DNA of 64,000 bases from a virus (Duplodnaviria; Caudoviricetes): positions 36,831 to 100,830 of the IMG/VR virus record IMGVR_UViG_2814123203_000002. One strand, 5' to 3'. The first letter of the stretch is position 1. Every line of letters begins with the position of its first letter. The notes below the pieces were generated by a model. It searched no databases. It worked only from the letters and a program-made list of their open reading frames with translations, and was not told the origin of the DNA. Made by a program: the position numbers and the translations under genes. This document shows positions 1-10,396 of the stretch, piece after piece.

Positions 1-470
1 TCAGATTTAATTGCTTTCTTTTGAGTATCTAACAACTTTAATTTCTCATTTAAAGCTTTAATTTCAACATCAATTGCATCTAATTTAGTTTCTTTTTCCT
101 CAATAAAATCTTCCATACTCTTCTCTTCTATTGAAATTTGATCGTTTATCTGTAAAATTTTATTCATAATACTGTTGATGATAATTTTGTCTATCTCATA
201 TCCAAATGTAAAATCAACATTAAAAATAGTAACCAAACAAGTATTTTGGGAATCTGTTATAAGTATGTGATTATCTTGAATGTAATAATTCCTTACTGTA
301 CTATCTCCTAATTGTCCATGATATAGAAAAGTAGAATGACTATACATTTTTAAAGCATGTTCTTGAATCCTCTCTTTATTCTTTTGAATATATTGTTTAA
401 TGTTCTTATCGTCCTTCATTTCGAGAATTCGCTGACAATATCTAAAGTAGAAGTGGTTGCTAATATTCAT
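1..470 (-). CDS. phage hypothetical protein, runs off the window start
   Basis: ATG at 470 with GGAGAG RBS; open frame MNISNHFYFRYCQRILE... ending in a coiled-coil stretch at the window edge. Confidence 0.75.
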   Translation of the reverse strand, partial: MNISNHFYFRYCQRILEMKDDKNIKQYIQKNKERIQEHALKMYSHSTFLYHGQLGDSTVRNYYIQDNHILITDSQNTCLVTIFNVDFTFGYEIDKIIINSIMNKILQINDQISIEEKSMEDFIEEKETKLDAIDVEIKALNEKLKLLDTQKKAIKS

Positions 471-806
471 TTTATCTCTCCTTAATTTTTAAAATATGAT
501 AAATTACCAACCAAATGAAAATGGTACATATACTTGTATTTGTGTTCTAAACACCTTCCTCAAATCTGTTTGAGGTTGTAAATAATCAGTTTCAGTTACT
601 CTAATCAAATATCTCCATTCGTGTTTTTCTGCTTTTACTCCTCTATGAATTGTTCACCAATCCCACTCTGAGACAGTACATGTTGGAGTTTTAATAATAT
701 CTAGTTTATTTTTTACTTTATTATCTTCAATCTGCTGATTAATTAAAGTATATAATTCTGCGAGGGCTCATCTGGTACTTCTAACTCAATTTGATCTTTT
801 ATAAAT

Positions 807-1313
807 TCAGTTAAACACCTTTTTAAATTCATTCTCCTTGAAATTTATCCCTTCATCATTAATAAGAGGTACAATAGTCTCACGTTTTCTTTCAATTTTA
901 TTCCCTTCAATGTCAAAAAGCTCGATGTTCTGAATACTTCCAAATGTCGGAATTTGGTTATTATCTTTAAGCCACTCTATGAAAAAACTATTTAACTTAT
1001 CTTCCAAATTTTTTATTTTATTTTTTTCTACATTTAACAACCATTCTTCTGCTATTTCTCCACAAGCATTATGGGCATTCTGTACTACTTGTTCTATTAC
1101 CCATTCTGCATAAATTTTAGGTTTATGAATTACAACTTGACCAACATTAAAATATCTATCTTTCTCTTCCTCTTTTTCTTCATTTATCTTACTATTCAAA
1201 AGTTTTATTCCAAATTCAATTGCCTCTTCTTTTGTATCATAATAGTCATCACACCAATTATCATAACCAACAATCTCGAACTTCCATTTTCCATTTGCAC
1301 TAACTATAGACAT
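807..1313 (-). CDS. phage hypothetical protein, possibly with a frameshifted 3' extension to ~505
   Basis: 168-aa ORF with GAGGTG RBS; coding-like sequence continues downstream in another frame. Confidence 0.7.
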   Translation of the reverse strand: MSIVSANGKWKFEIVGYDNWCDDYYDTKEEAIEFGIKLLNSKINEEKEEEKDRYFNVGQVVIHKPKIYAEWVIEQVVQNAHNACGEIAEEWLLNVEKNKIKNLEDKLNSFFIEWLKDNNQIPTFGSIQNIELFDIEGNKIERKRETIVPLINDEGINFKENEFKKVFN

Positions 1314-1429
1314 TTCTAATTCACACCTCTTTTTTTAACAATTTCTTATATTTCTTTGAACTTCTCTTTTGTACTAGTCCCCATCTTTTTCCTAGTTAAG
1401 TTCAACATCTTTCATCCTCTATGTCTCCC

Positions 1430-1741
1430 CTAACAAAGAAACACGTTTTTTGCTTTGTTAAATGTTTTTGCAATTTCCTCGATACGATCATATAAAACAA
1501 AGGTTCTTTCACCTTCAATCATTTCAACTTTCTGTATGTGTTGCTTCTTATCAAAGAAATAATTTGTTCTTATTGTTTTCCCCTCATCCACAAATTTGAC
1601 TTCAGCACATAAACCGTCTAAATACGTATTGAAATTAACAGACAAGTAATCTGGATCTGTTAGATTTTCCAAAAGGTCATTTGGCCAAATTGTGTTTTTG
1701 AAAACTACATCGTGCAATTCTTTTATTAAGTCAGATTTCAT
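1430..1741 (-). CDS. phage hypothetical protein
   Basis: 103-aa ORF, overlaps upstream gene, GAGGTGA RBS. Confidence 0.7.
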   Translation of the reverse strand: MKSDLIKELHDVVFKNTIWPNDLLENLTDPDYLSVNFNTYLDGLCAEVKFVDEGKTIRTNYFFDKKQHIQKVEMIEGERTFVLYDRIEEIAKTFNKAKNVFLC

Positions 1742-1991
1742 ATTTGTCCTTTGTCACCTCTAATTCTTTAAGAGTCTTATAAATATGATGAGCAGCGTTA
1801 TCGGCTGCGAATTCAGCATCTCCCCACGCAAGTATCTCCCTTATTTTCAGTAAACTGTTAATAAGATGTCGTTCCCGTTTAAAACAATCTTCTAACTCTG
1901 ACTGCAACTTGGTTACCTTTTCTTCAAGAGGCAAGTAGTACTCACAATAGAAGCAAAACTCATCAGTATGACACATACAAAAATTACTCAT
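1731..1991 (-). CDS. phage hypothetical protein, Cys-rich N-terminus
   Basis: Within ORF 1731..2093; likely start MSNFCMCHTDEFCFYCEY. Confidence 0.6.
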   Translation of the reverse strand: MSNFCMCHTDEFCFYCEYYLPLEEKVTKLQSELEDCFKRERHLINSLLKIREILAWGDAEFAADNAAHHIYKTLKELEVTKDKYEI

Positions 1992-2049
1992 CCTTTTTCC
2001 CTCTCTTCCCCTATCGCGCATCGTTTTTATTATGGCTTTAAGCATTACA

Positions 2050-2256
2050 TCACAGATCCAAGATAATTTTGGTTCCTCTGACCAATAGTTCAAGAGAATC
2101 TACAACTTCTTTGATATCACTCATTTCTATTTGAAGCCTGTTCGCCTTTTCCTCCGCTGCATCGGCACGAGCTTTTTCAGTTTGGTACTTCCTCTTGAGA
2201 TCTTCTATACGTAGCCATTGTTCTTCCAGTTGAGTAATAGCGGACTTATGATTCAT
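2050..2256 (-). CDS. small coiled-coil phage protein
   Basis: 68-aa ORF overlapping the end of the YopX gene, GGAGG RBS. Confidence 0.65.
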   Translation of the reverse strand: MNHKSAITQLEEQWLRIEDLKRKYQTEKARADAAEEKANRLQIEMSDIKEVVDSLELLVRGTKIILDL

Positions 2257-2656
2257 CCTCTATACCTCCTAACAAATGAGGGTGTTCATATATGTTGCCA
2301 ATAACCTTATGATAACTTGACCCAAATTCTAAATCTTTCAATTTTCCAGATACGTGATGTAAAACAAATCTCCCAGAAGTAAATATAACCGAACCCACAA
2401 ATTTCCGCATACCGTTGAAATGTCCTGATTCTGTATAGCCCATCTCTTCCGAAGCTATGATATCTCCCTCATATATTTCAATTCCGTTGGTGTCATAGAG
2501 TCCGGTAAATTGATCTACTGTTTCAGAATCTACTAGCCAGTTTTCATTATCCATCCATATTACATGGTGCTCTAAAATAGCACCGTACAAATAAAAACCA
2601 TACACCCATTCTCCGTTATCGATACGTTTACCCCGAAACTTGATTGGTCTACTCAT
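2246..2656 (-). CDS. yopX: YopX family protein
   Basis: RPIKFRGKRIDNGEWVYG...QFTGLYD.NG.EIYEGDI...VIGNIYEHPHLL signature. Confidence 0.92.
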   Translation of the reverse strand: MSRPIKFRGKRIDNGEWVYGFYLYGAILEHHVIWMDNENWLVDSETVDQFTGLYDTNGIEIYEGDIIASEEMGYTESGHFNGMRKFVGSVIFTSGRFVLHHVSGKLKDLEFGSSYHKVIGNIYEHPHLLGGIEDES

Positions 2657-2862
2657 CAAACCCTCCAACTTTTTTCAAGACGTTCTACCCATTCGTCATC
2701 ATTATTCCAACGATTTACTGCATACTTTACAGAACTAACCGTTCTAACTTGTTTACCGTCATGGAATGCACAATTAATGTACTCGGCAATTTCTTTTAAA
2801 GGTACTTGTTCTTCGTAATCTATAGCAATTTGTTCTGCTTCAAGATACGTGTATTTATTCAT
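2656..2862 (-). CDS. small phage protein, possible HTH
   Basis: 68-aa ORF, GGAGG RBS. Confidence 0.65.
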   Translation of the reverse strand: MNKYTYLEAEQIAIDYEEQVPLKEIAEYINCAFHDGKQVRTVSSVKYAVNRWNNDDEWVERLEKSWRV

Positions 2863-2880
2863 CCTCTGTACCTCCTAATC

Positions 2881-3192
2881 TCAGCTCAATTTCATCAACT
2901 CTAACTCTCTCATATCCCATTCATCATATTCGTAGTTTGTTTTTCGCCATAATGCTACTGAAGCTTCTATTAGGATTCTTTCCGTTTCGCCGAAGTTTTT
3001 TGGATTTTTATTTATTTCTATCGGACGACTTTGGTATTCCAAGTGATCGCCTTTTTTAGCTAAATATTTGCTTTTCCTATACTCCTTAATGTGTTGATCA
3101 AACCGGATTCTGGCATTTTGTTTATTCAAGTAATATTCTTCTTCAATCCGAAAGCCCATCATGTTTTCCTTTGTCACCTTGTATGCTTTCAC
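2881..3192 (-). CDS. phage hypothetical protein
   Basis: 103-aa ORF in the leftward operon. Confidence 0.6.
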   Translation of the reverse strand: MKAYKVTKENMMGFRIEEEYYLNKQNARIRFDQHIKEYRKSKYLAKKGDHLEYQSRPIEINKNPKNFGETERILIEASVALWRKTNYEYDEWDMRELELMKLS

Positions 3193-3485
3193 CCCTATTC
3201 ATCCCTTTCCCATACTACTTCCATTTTTAACGTTCCAGCTTCAATTGCTTTTCCGATTAAAGACAGGTCAAACTCTTTTTCCGCTTTAACATCCGTTCTC
3301 ACTCCTCCAATAGTCTTCGATAGCATCTTTTACATCTGCTTCATACCTTGTATTTTTACTCAGCACTTCTAGCATTTCGATGAGATAGGCATTTTAGCCT
3401 TTCCATCCATGTCCATTTGTGATTTTATTGATAAATCCATAATTTTTCCCGGTTTACCTTTTGCTAGTTTGTCATTGTCCATTCT

Positions 3486-3743
3486 TCACAACTCCTTTAA
3501 AGCTTCGTTCGCAAGCATCCACATACACGAAGCGTCCGCGCCAGTATATTTCAAGTTGTCGTATTGGATAGATACGATTGCTTCTAGCGCTCCTCTCAAT
3601 CTCTTGTTTTCTTCCTGATATTTCAACCCTAATTCTATGGTCGATTTTAATTCTGCGTCCTTTACTTTCAATTCCATTTTTATTGTTTTATATTCGAGTA
3701 GTATCCATAAAATTGATTCATTTATTTCATCTACCTCCATCAA
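3486..3743 (-). CDS. phage hypothetical coiled-coil protein
   Basis: 85-aa ORF tightly packed in the operon. Confidence 0.6.
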   Translation of the reverse strand: MMEVDEINESILWILLEYKTIKMELKVKDAELKSTIELGLKYQEENKRLRGALEAIVSIQYDNLKYTGADASCMWMLANEALKEL

Positions 3744-3745
3744 TC

Positions 3746-4006
3746 CTAACCCTTCTTTCCCACTACTCCGTCTTCAATCCAAAATCCACCATGTACTTGA
3801 TGTGATCTCGTGCAGTTTTTTCGGTGACGCCCATGGTGATTCTCCGTTTCTGAAATTAGTTTTTGAACAACATTGTTCACTTTTTCCAAAGATTCTATAT
3901 GATCTGGTGTTCCTCTTTCTCTAGCTTCATCTAGCTGCTGTCCCAGGCTATTCTGTATACTATACAAAGACTGCATAAATAAATCAGACTTCTTCTTATT
4001 TTTCAT
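3746..4006 (-). CDS. phage hypothetical protein
   Basis: 86-aa ORF, ATGA overlap with upstream gene. Confidence 0.6.
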   Translation of the reverse strand: MKNKKKSDLFMQSLYSIQNSLGQQLDEARERGTPDHIESLEKVNNVVQKLISETENHHGRHRKNCTRSHQVHGGFWIEDGVVGKKG

Positions 4007-4140
4007 TTTTCTTTCCGCTCCATTAACAATCGTTCCAATTCCCGCCCTGCTTTGCGTAAATTGCGAAGGGTGCAGATATTAACACATAGCGTATATACGG
4101 CAATACATGCGGTAATGATTGCGAGTATGGTTACGTACAT
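4003..4140 (-). CDS. small membrane protein
   Basis: MYVTILAIITACIAVYTL after AAGGAGG RBS, within ORF 4003..4188. Confidence 0.6.
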   Translation of the reverse strand: MYVTILAIITACIAVYTLCVNICTLRNLRKAGRELERLLMERKEK

Positions 4141-4278
4141 GGTAAAGACCTCCTTAAAAATAATTCGATTTAGTTGTTGTCTAACCACATTTCATTTAAG
4201 GCATCGATAAATATAAACAAACCCAAACAAAAGCTAACAAGAATAAACACTATCCCATAGGCTATATCTTTCACGCTT

Positions 4279-4470
4279 TCACCTATACTCTCTAACCAAA
4301 TGAGAAATTAGCAGCACAAGTAATACTATATGGGCTTGTACTACATCTAATTCAATTCCGAAAATAAAGTATACAACTACACCTATAATGGCACCCGCAA
4401 CTAAAATGCTTGAATAACATAACGCAACCCAAAATAGGGATAAAAGGAATAGATTTATATCTTCTCGCAT
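4279..4470 (-). CDS. small membrane protein
   Basis: 63 aa with two hydrophobic segments. Confidence 0.55.
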   Translation of the reverse strand: MREDINLFLLSLFWVALCYSSILVAGAIIGVVVYFIFGIELDVVQAHIVLLVLLISHLVREYR

Positions 4471-4712
4471 GTCAGCTCCGATAAAAACTCATTCATATCC
4501 TGAATAACAAGCACACCGTCAAAATACGAGTCCCTATTAACAACGGATTGCCAAGATGTAGAATCGGTTTGGATTTTATGAATGCCAAGCATACCCTTAG
4601 CTTCTGCCGCAAATGTCCTAAGCATCTCCTTATCAAGCTTCCCATCGGATGCATAATGCCAAGCGATGCGACGGCTGCCGACGCTTCCTAGTGCGATAAA
4701 ATGGAACGCCAT
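4455..4712 (-). CDS. phage hypothetical protein
   Basis: Within ORF 4455..4769; likely start MAFHFIALG. Confidence 0.6.
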   Translation of the reverse strand: MAFHFIALGSVGSRRIAWHYASDGKLDKEMLRTFAAEAKGMLGIHKIQTDSTSWQSVVNRDSYFDGVLVIQDMNEFLSELTCEKI

Positions 4713-4713
4713 A

Positions 4714-5097
4714 TTAATGCCCCTTCCCCCAGCAAGTTTCACATTTCCAGATTTTACGTGATTCTTCACTTGTCAACCGTAAATACTCCTCATAATCAAT
4801 AGAACACCCGTCTATTGTTCCTACAGTATGCGCTCCACAGATAGAACACTCTCCTGTGATAATGTCATCATCATATACAATAAGAGGTTTTTCTCTCGGT
4901 TCAATTTCAACTTTTGCCTCATACAGACCACCGTCAATAAACATGTATTCCTCACTACCAAGATTAGGTTCCTCGTTATGTTCATGTGCCCATTTATGAT
5001 CTGCGCTTTCCATTTCGTTTAACCACATTTCATTTAAGGCATCGATAAATCGCTGTATTAGATTCTGCTCATCCTCATTATTTACAATGATCTTCAT
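4714..5097 (-). CDS. acidic phage protein with two CxxC motifs
   Basis: CSIC and CETC motifs. Confidence 0.65.
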   Translation of the reverse strand: MKIIVNNEDEQNLIQRFIDALNEMWLNEMESADHKWAHEHNEEPNLGSEEYMFIDGGLYEAKVEIEPREKPLIVYDDDIITGECSICGAHTVGTIDGCSIDYEEYLRLTSEESRKIWKCETCWGKGH

Positions 5098-5103
5098 TCA
5101 GCC

Positions 5104-5370
5104 TCATTCCTCCTTCTCCCAGTTCCTATGTCTGTCAGCAATCATCATGGCGTAATTAGCAATATCGGCAGCTTCACGTATAACTTCATCAGGTAAATCA
5201 TCCCACAAAAGGGCTTTTAATAATTCCCGATACTCTCTGGGCACCTGCCTAAGGAGATGTTCTATTAGGCAGTCTGCCCAGCCGCCTTTATGATCGTTTT
5301 CCCGTAGTTTCAGTTCCATCTGCTCCGCAAACCATTGAACTTCAGGGCGTAGTTTGATCTCTTCCTTCAT
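5104..5370 (-). CDS. MazG-like (all-alpha NTP pyrophosphohydrolase-like) small protein
   Basis: E..EL...EAADIANYAMMIAD motif. Confidence 0.55.
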   Translation of the reverse strand: MKEEIKLRPEVQWFAEQMELKLRENDHKGGWADCLIEHLLRQVPREYRELLKALLWDDLPDEVIREAADIANYAMMIADRHRNWEKEE

Positions 5371-5414
5371 TCCGATTCCTCCCTATTCACAAATCGTTTT
5401 GGAGTCTCAGTTCC

Positions 5415-5609
5415 TTATCTTTCGATTAGTAACCAAAGATCAACGTCTTCCTTGTCACAAAATTCCTGTGCTTCCTTTAAGCTTTTAAAATTTGCGAACC
5501 ATACTTCTTCAGGGTGAAAGACTGCGTACCGTATCGATGGAGAGTATCCCAATTCGGATTCTTCTCTTTCGCATATCTTAAAACCGTTCCGTTCTTCTAT
5601 AAGTTCCAT
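5415..5609 (-). CDS. small phage protein, paralog of 18345..18545
   Basis: MELIEERNGFKICEREE start is identical to the second copy. Confidence 0.7.
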   Translation of the reverse strand: MELIEERNGFKICEREESELGYSPSIRYAVFHPEEVWFANFKSLKEAQEFCDKEDVDLWLLIER

Positions 5610-5914
5610 TCGTCCCAAGCAAGTACACGTGGAAACTCTTTTGTCCGATCTATTAATTCTTGATATGAATAGTAATAGTAATAATCTTTACCTTCGCAAT
5701 CGTCGCAACCATACAAGCAACAGGGTGCTATTTTGTTGCTTATATCTTGAGATGCTAGGCGCTTAATTGAAATCGTAACCTCATGTTCATCTCCTTCTTC
5801 CATTTTTCCTAAAAAGATATCACTCATCCCGTCTGTCTCCTCTAAGTAGCAACCAAGTGCATCATCTGCATTCTTGGCAGCAATATATAAATTATCGATT
5901 TTATAAACATTCAT
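5597..5914 (-). CDS. acidic Cys-containing phage protein
   Basis: 105-aa ORF with CCLYGCDDC. Confidence 0.65.
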   Translation of the reverse strand: MNVYKIDNLYIAAKNADDALGCYLEETDGMSDIFLGKMEEGDEHEVTISIKRLASQDISNKIAPCCLYGCDDCEGKDYYYYYSYQELIDRTKEFPRVLAWDEWNL

Positions 5915-6146
5915 CCGTTCTCATCCCCTTTTGGTTTAATAGGGAGAAGGCTGGTGCCCTCTCCTTTATTCCTCCCAATAGTTTGTTGGATCAAAAACAA
6001 TTTGACCTTCAAAAAATTTTTCTAAACAACCAGTGCAAAAGTGGTATTCTGTTTTTTGAGTTTGCAGGTGTAAAATTTCCTCTTTGAATTGTTCACATTG
6101 CACGCATTTTTCGTTATTTATAATTTCCATTTGTTTTATTCCTCCT

Positions 6147-6641
6147 TTAGTATCCTTGATCTTGCCTTTGGTGATTTACTTTGTTCTTTTTCATGTAAGC
6201 TTGCTCTATTTGTTCCCACCTAAAACCCAATCTCACTCCAATTTCAAAAAAGTGGGATAATGCTATTTTTAAAAATTGTTGTTTATACTTTTTGGGAATG
6301 TCGTTGATCATCCCGACGTTTTTAAAAAGCTCAATAAACAACACTGTTGTTCCACTTCTTTCCACTTCATCCGTAATGCAGAAGTCATCTTCCGGCAAAT
6401 TTAGCTGCCGGGCAATAGAGAGGAACAAGTGTAGGCAATCCACGTATTCTTCCAGCGTATTTCCTGGTTCCCGATTGTTACTCCAGTGTTTGAAACCGCG
6501 CCACTCATTTGCCAATTCCGCGATTTCCACCTGCAATGCAAGCACCATATTCGGCAAGAGATCCTGACCTTCCAACCTGTGTTCTTTTATCATTCGTTCA
6601 TCTAGTTCACATTGCATTTCAAACATTTTTTCTATGTTCAC
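6147..6641 (-). CDS. dut: dimeric (all-alpha) dUTPase
   Basis: LALQVEIAELANEWRGFKHWS...LEEYVDCLHLFLS...KNKVNHQRQDQGY. Confidence 0.9.
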   Translation of the reverse strand: MNIEKMFEMQCELDERMIKEHRLEGQDLLPNMVLALQVEIAELANEWRGFKHWSNNREPGNTLEEYVDCLHLFLSIARQLNLPEDDFCITDEVERSGTTVLFIELFKNVGMINDIPKKYKQQFLKIALSHFFEIGVRLGFRWEQIEQAYMKKNKVNHQRQDQGY

Positions 6642-7074
6642 GATTTCTTAGCCTCCCATTGAATATCACAATAGCGTTTGGAAACGGTGCATTATGAGGG
6701 GAGCCACCAAATTTCAATCTGCCTCTGATGAATCGGATTTCCCCCTTCATGCAATAACCATGCCACCATTTTGTGTCAGTTCGTGATGGGACTAAACATA
6801 CTACGGTTGCGCCTGCGAGTGATGATTCATACGCTTTGGCAATCCATTTACCGATCTGACGGCCATACGGTGGATTCATCCAGCAGACACCTTTCCATTC
6901 CTGTTTTAGGCCGTCTTCAGATGGCGTGAAATATCGTTTGCATTTGGCGTTTTCAGGAAGCGCACATACATCGAGTTCAAACCCAAACTCAACATTTAAG
7001 TCGTCAAAGAAATCTTGAGGCGTTTCCCACAAATCACTCTTTGATGAATAATGAACTGCCATGTTATTGCTCAC
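6619..7074 (-). CDS. phage DNA N6-adenine methyltransferase (Dam-like)
   Basis: WETPQDFF...FELDVCA...WMNPPYG...LVPSRTDT; start probably near 7074/7062 rather than 7155. Confidence 0.9.
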   Translation of the reverse strand: MSNNMAVHYSSKSDLWETPQDFFDDLNVEFGFELDVCALPENAKCKRYFTPSEDGLKQEWKGVCWMNPPYGRQIGKWIAKAYESSLAGATVVCLVPSRTDTKWWHGYCMKGEIRFIRGRLKFGGSPHNAPFPNAIVIFNGRLRNREHRKNV

Positions 7075-7583
7075 TCTATCTCCTCCCTTGCTAACTCTTT
7101 TCGTATAGCTTGGGAAAGCCTGGGTAATAGCTTGTTCACAAAAGCTAGAGCCCATCTTGGATACCCTCTTATATAGAACTCTGCCGCATCAGATATGGAT
7201 GTTTCATCATACCAATAAGCAAATTCTACATCACTATAAAGCCAATCATGACGTTCCAACAGATCCCACTCTTGTCTAGCTTTTTCTCTGGTAAAAGTCC
7301 CATCTCTCCGACAACTTATGATGTCCTCTTTTACCCGTTTAAGAGTTTCATCCCCATCATATTCCTTTAGCTTGTAAAACAACTTAGGGAGGAAATATCC
7401 CCAATTTGTCCTTTCTTTTGCAAAAAAATGGCGAAAATCTTCACATTCACTATGATGCCATTGGTAAGCACAATTCCCATAGTCAGTTACCGCCGCGAAC
7501 ATCCCTGTCTCATCTAGCAAAAATGTGCCCCATCCTTCGCCATCAATCGGGGAAATATCGTAGCGCCAATGTTTAATTTTCAT
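7071..7583 (-). CDS. conserved phage hypothetical protein
   Basis: 170 aa, GAGG RBS, TDYGNCAYQW motif. Confidence 0.7.
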   Translation of the reverse strand: MKIKHWRYDISPIDGEGWGTFLLDETGMFAAVTDYGNCAYQWHHSECEDFRHFFAKERTNWGYFLPKLFYKLKEYDGDETLKRVKEDIISCRRDGTFTREKARQEWDLLERHDWLYSDVEFAYWYDETSISDAAEFYIRGYPRWALAFVNKLLPRLSQAIRKELAREEIE

Positions 7584-8194
7584 AACATTACCTCTTTCTA
7601 TGATTCGTACTGTTTTATTTCAACTTTGTTATAAATTCTTCGAGTCAATTCTGCCTCTTTTTTAATAGAATAATCGTTTGTGCTGAGATTCGTTCATCTA
7701 CTACATTGATAATTTGTAGTTTATCTGTTTGGTCAATTGTTTTCCTTTCCAGCTCATCAATGAACTTGGAATAATTTAATTAATTATATTTTACTTTCGT
7801 TGTTTATTTCCAGAAATAATATCCATTTGAACTACAATTTGCAGTGAATCACCTACATACCATTTTTCCTTTTCGCAAAATTCCACTACTGATTTTTGCA
7901 TGTTTAATAAGAAGTTTTCGTTCCAATTCTTTTAGATCAAAATATTCAAACGTTTTTATCATTAGGATTATTATCTCTCTCATTCTTCCTCATATATTTG
8001 GTTTTTTAATGTCTTCCATCACTATCATCATTATATTATTCCCAGATAATAATTACTTTTACTTTTTTGGTCTCTTGATTTGAAACAACAAAATGTCGGT
8101 TCATTTATATATTATTATTATATTTATCATTTGTCAATGGATTACTTGCACTTTCATAAAAAAGTGCTAAACAATTTGTTTAGCACTAACACGC

Positions 8195-8527
8195 TTACTC
8201 TATATTTCTTTTAAGTTCAATTTCACTCAGTCCAATTATTGAATATCCGCCCATATCTCGGTATGGACTTTCTCCCATAAGATCACCATTTGGATGCGTA
8301 AAGATTCTATTTTGCTTATCTATAATTCGAGCTTGCAAAAAAATATGTCGAAGTAACTCTTCAGGTATAGTATAAGTACCATCATCATTACTATATTCAG
8401 ACATTAGTATTTTTAAGATTTCAAATGTCTTATTTACCGATTTTCCATAAGCTTTTTGTTTTTTTGCAACCAATGAACCCAAATCTTTCCCTATTTCCTC
8501 GTATGTTCTTTTTTCTTTTTGTATCAT
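8195..8527 (-). CDS. DUF1599 / nucleotide-modification-associated domain-like protein
   Basis: KKQKAYGKS...RIIDKQNRI...ESPYRDMGGYSI. Confidence 0.65.
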   Translation of the reverse strand: MIQKEKRTYEEIGKDLGSLVAKKQKAYGKSVNKTFEILKILMSEYSNDDGTYTIPEELLRHIFLQARIIDKQNRIFTHPNGDLMGESPYRDMGGYSIIGLSEIELKRNIE

Positions 8528-9294
8528 ATCTTTTCACCATTTTCTATTTTCTTTTTATAATCTAAAATTTTCTTTACATACAGCCAGTCATACACGCTAT
8601 GATTTGTCATATATTTTTTAGCTCTAGCAACTCCCATATTGTAAGATAATAGAGCAACGGGAATAAGGTCTTTTTTATTAACATGGTTAATCCAAGCATC
8701 TCTAGTACCAGCTAGTAGATAGATTCCAGCATCTACATTTTGATATGGGTCTTCCCAACTCCAATTAGGACCAATTTCATTTTTTACATCAGTAAAATTT
8801 TGTATATTTATTTGCATTAATCCATAATCCCTAGTATAGCTAATAAGTTTCGCATTAAAATTACTTTCCATTTTGATTACAGCAAAAATTAGAGTATGTG
8901 AAATGCTATATTCTAAAGATTTCTTTTTTATATATTTTTTCAAATCATTACTTAACGGCACATTCTTATAAATTTCACTTTCATATTCTATTACTGAATT
9001 ATCTATTTCTTTAGATGCATAATTCTCTTCCTTCTTAATTTCTTTATCATTTGATGTTTTTACATCTTCTTCTGAAGTAACATCATCTTTTTTGACTTTT
9101 TCATTCAATGTTTTTTCTTTAAACAATTTATGCCTATATAAAAAGGGTAATTCTGATATTTTTTCCATATTAACAGATGTAGCAGATACTTTTATTGCTT
9201 TATTATTACTTTTTTCATTGTCAAACAAATATGTTGTTCCAATTATCAAAAAAAGTAATCCAGCAATAATAAACGCGTTCCTATATTCCATCAT
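8524..9294 (-). CDS. membrane-anchored lytic transglycosylase (SLT domain)
   Basis: N-terminal TM helix; AVIKMESNF, YGLMQIN, DPYQNVDAGIYLL, SYNMG motifs. Confidence 0.88.
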   Translation of the reverse strand: MMEYRNAFIIAGLLFLIIGTTYLFDNEKSNNKAIKVSATSVNMEKISELPFLYRHKLFKEKTLNEKVKKDDVTSEEDVKTSNDKEIKKEENYASKEIDNSVIEYESEIYKNVPLSNDLKKYIKKKSLEYSISHTLIFAVIKMESNFNAKLISYTRDYGLMQINIQNFTDVKNEIGPNWSWEDPYQNVDAGIYLLAGTRDAWINHVNKKDLIPVALLSYNMGVARAKKYMTNHSVYDWLYVKKILDYKKKIENGEKI

Positions 9295-9311
9295 CTACCC
9301 TCTTATTATAT

Positions 9312-10376
9312 TTATTGTTCATTTATTTCTTTAATATCCTCCAATACTTTTTCAAGCAACTCTACGTCATCTATTTTTGCATACTTAATTGTTCCTAAAC
9401 TTTTCTTTAAGATTTTCTTTATAGTATCTTTATCATTAGTTTTTTTAATTTCCTCATCAATTCTTGAAATTAACATATCTTTATCAGATGTTTTTTGCAA
9501 TGATTCTATAAAGTCGTTAGCATCCTCTTCTCTTCGTTTTCTTTGTTCGCTTTTAATTGTTTCTAAATCAACACCTTTATCAAATTCTGCTTTCACAGCA
9601 TCTTCAAATACTCTTAAAAACTCATCTATATTATATTCAATTCGTGTTGGTAAATTTTGAAACCTGCTTCCAGCTGTAATATAATCATCACTTCGGAAGT
9701 ACATGTACCTTTTTGTTACTTTCACATCGTCAATATCCTCTTTTTCGATTGTAATAAAAACAATGAAGTCAGCCATATTAACAAAAACTTCGGAGCCACT
9801 GCTTGATAATGACAATACAAGTTGATCATAACTCGATCCATTTTTCTCTTCTACCTTTTTGTCTTTACTATGTGTTAATGCCATAATCCCATATCCGGCT
9901 TTCATAAGTTTATCAATTGCATTACGAACTTTTTTCTTAACCAACTGATAACCAACCCCAAATCCTTGATTTGAAGTACCTCTTGCTCCAACACCAACAA
10001 TATCATTAGTACGTTTCTGAGGATTTTTCCTATTCCATTCCCTGATTACATCTTCTGTTGCCATATCCCACATCACATCAGCGGTATCTAGGCCAATAAA
10101 TTTAATACCTAATTTATTCTTATTCTCAACAAGTATTTTAATCATTTCTTCAAAATCAGACCATTTATTTACATCAACTGCTTTAACTCGTAATGCTTGA
10201 TATCCTTTTTCAAAAGCAATGAGAAGCGAATTTTCAACGCCTCCAAAATATTTCTCACATACTTTGGCAAACAAAGATGTCTTACCGGATTTTGGTATAC
10301 CTGATATCACCCAAAAATAATCTTCTAGCGCTGCTTTAGGCTCGTTAATACTTAAATTAAATAAATCAATTGCCAT
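9312..10376 (-). CDS. AAA ATPase (AAA_24/Sak4-like, SPbeta YorG-like)
   Basis: Walker A GIPKSGKT, AFEKGY, IGLDTAD, AGSRF. Confidence 0.85.
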   Translation of the reverse strand: MAIDLFNLSINEPKAALEDYFWVISGIPKSGKTSLFAKVCEKYFGGVENSLLIAFEKGYQALRVKAVDVNKWSDFEEMIKILVENKNKLGIKFIGLDTADVMWDMATEDVIREWNRKNPQKRTNDIVGVGARGTSNQGFGVGYQLVKKKVRNAIDKLMKAGYGIMALTHSKDKKVEEKNGSSYDQLVLSLSSSGSEVFVNMADFIVFITIEKEDIDDVKVTKRYMYFRSDDYITAGSRFQNLPTRIEYNIDEFLRVFEDAVKAEFDKGVDLETIKSEQRKRREEDANDFIESLQKTSDKDMLISRIDEEIKKTNDKDTIKKILKKSLGTIKYAKIDDVELLEKVLEDIKEINEQ

Positions 10377-10396
10377 GAATATCCTCCATTATCTGA

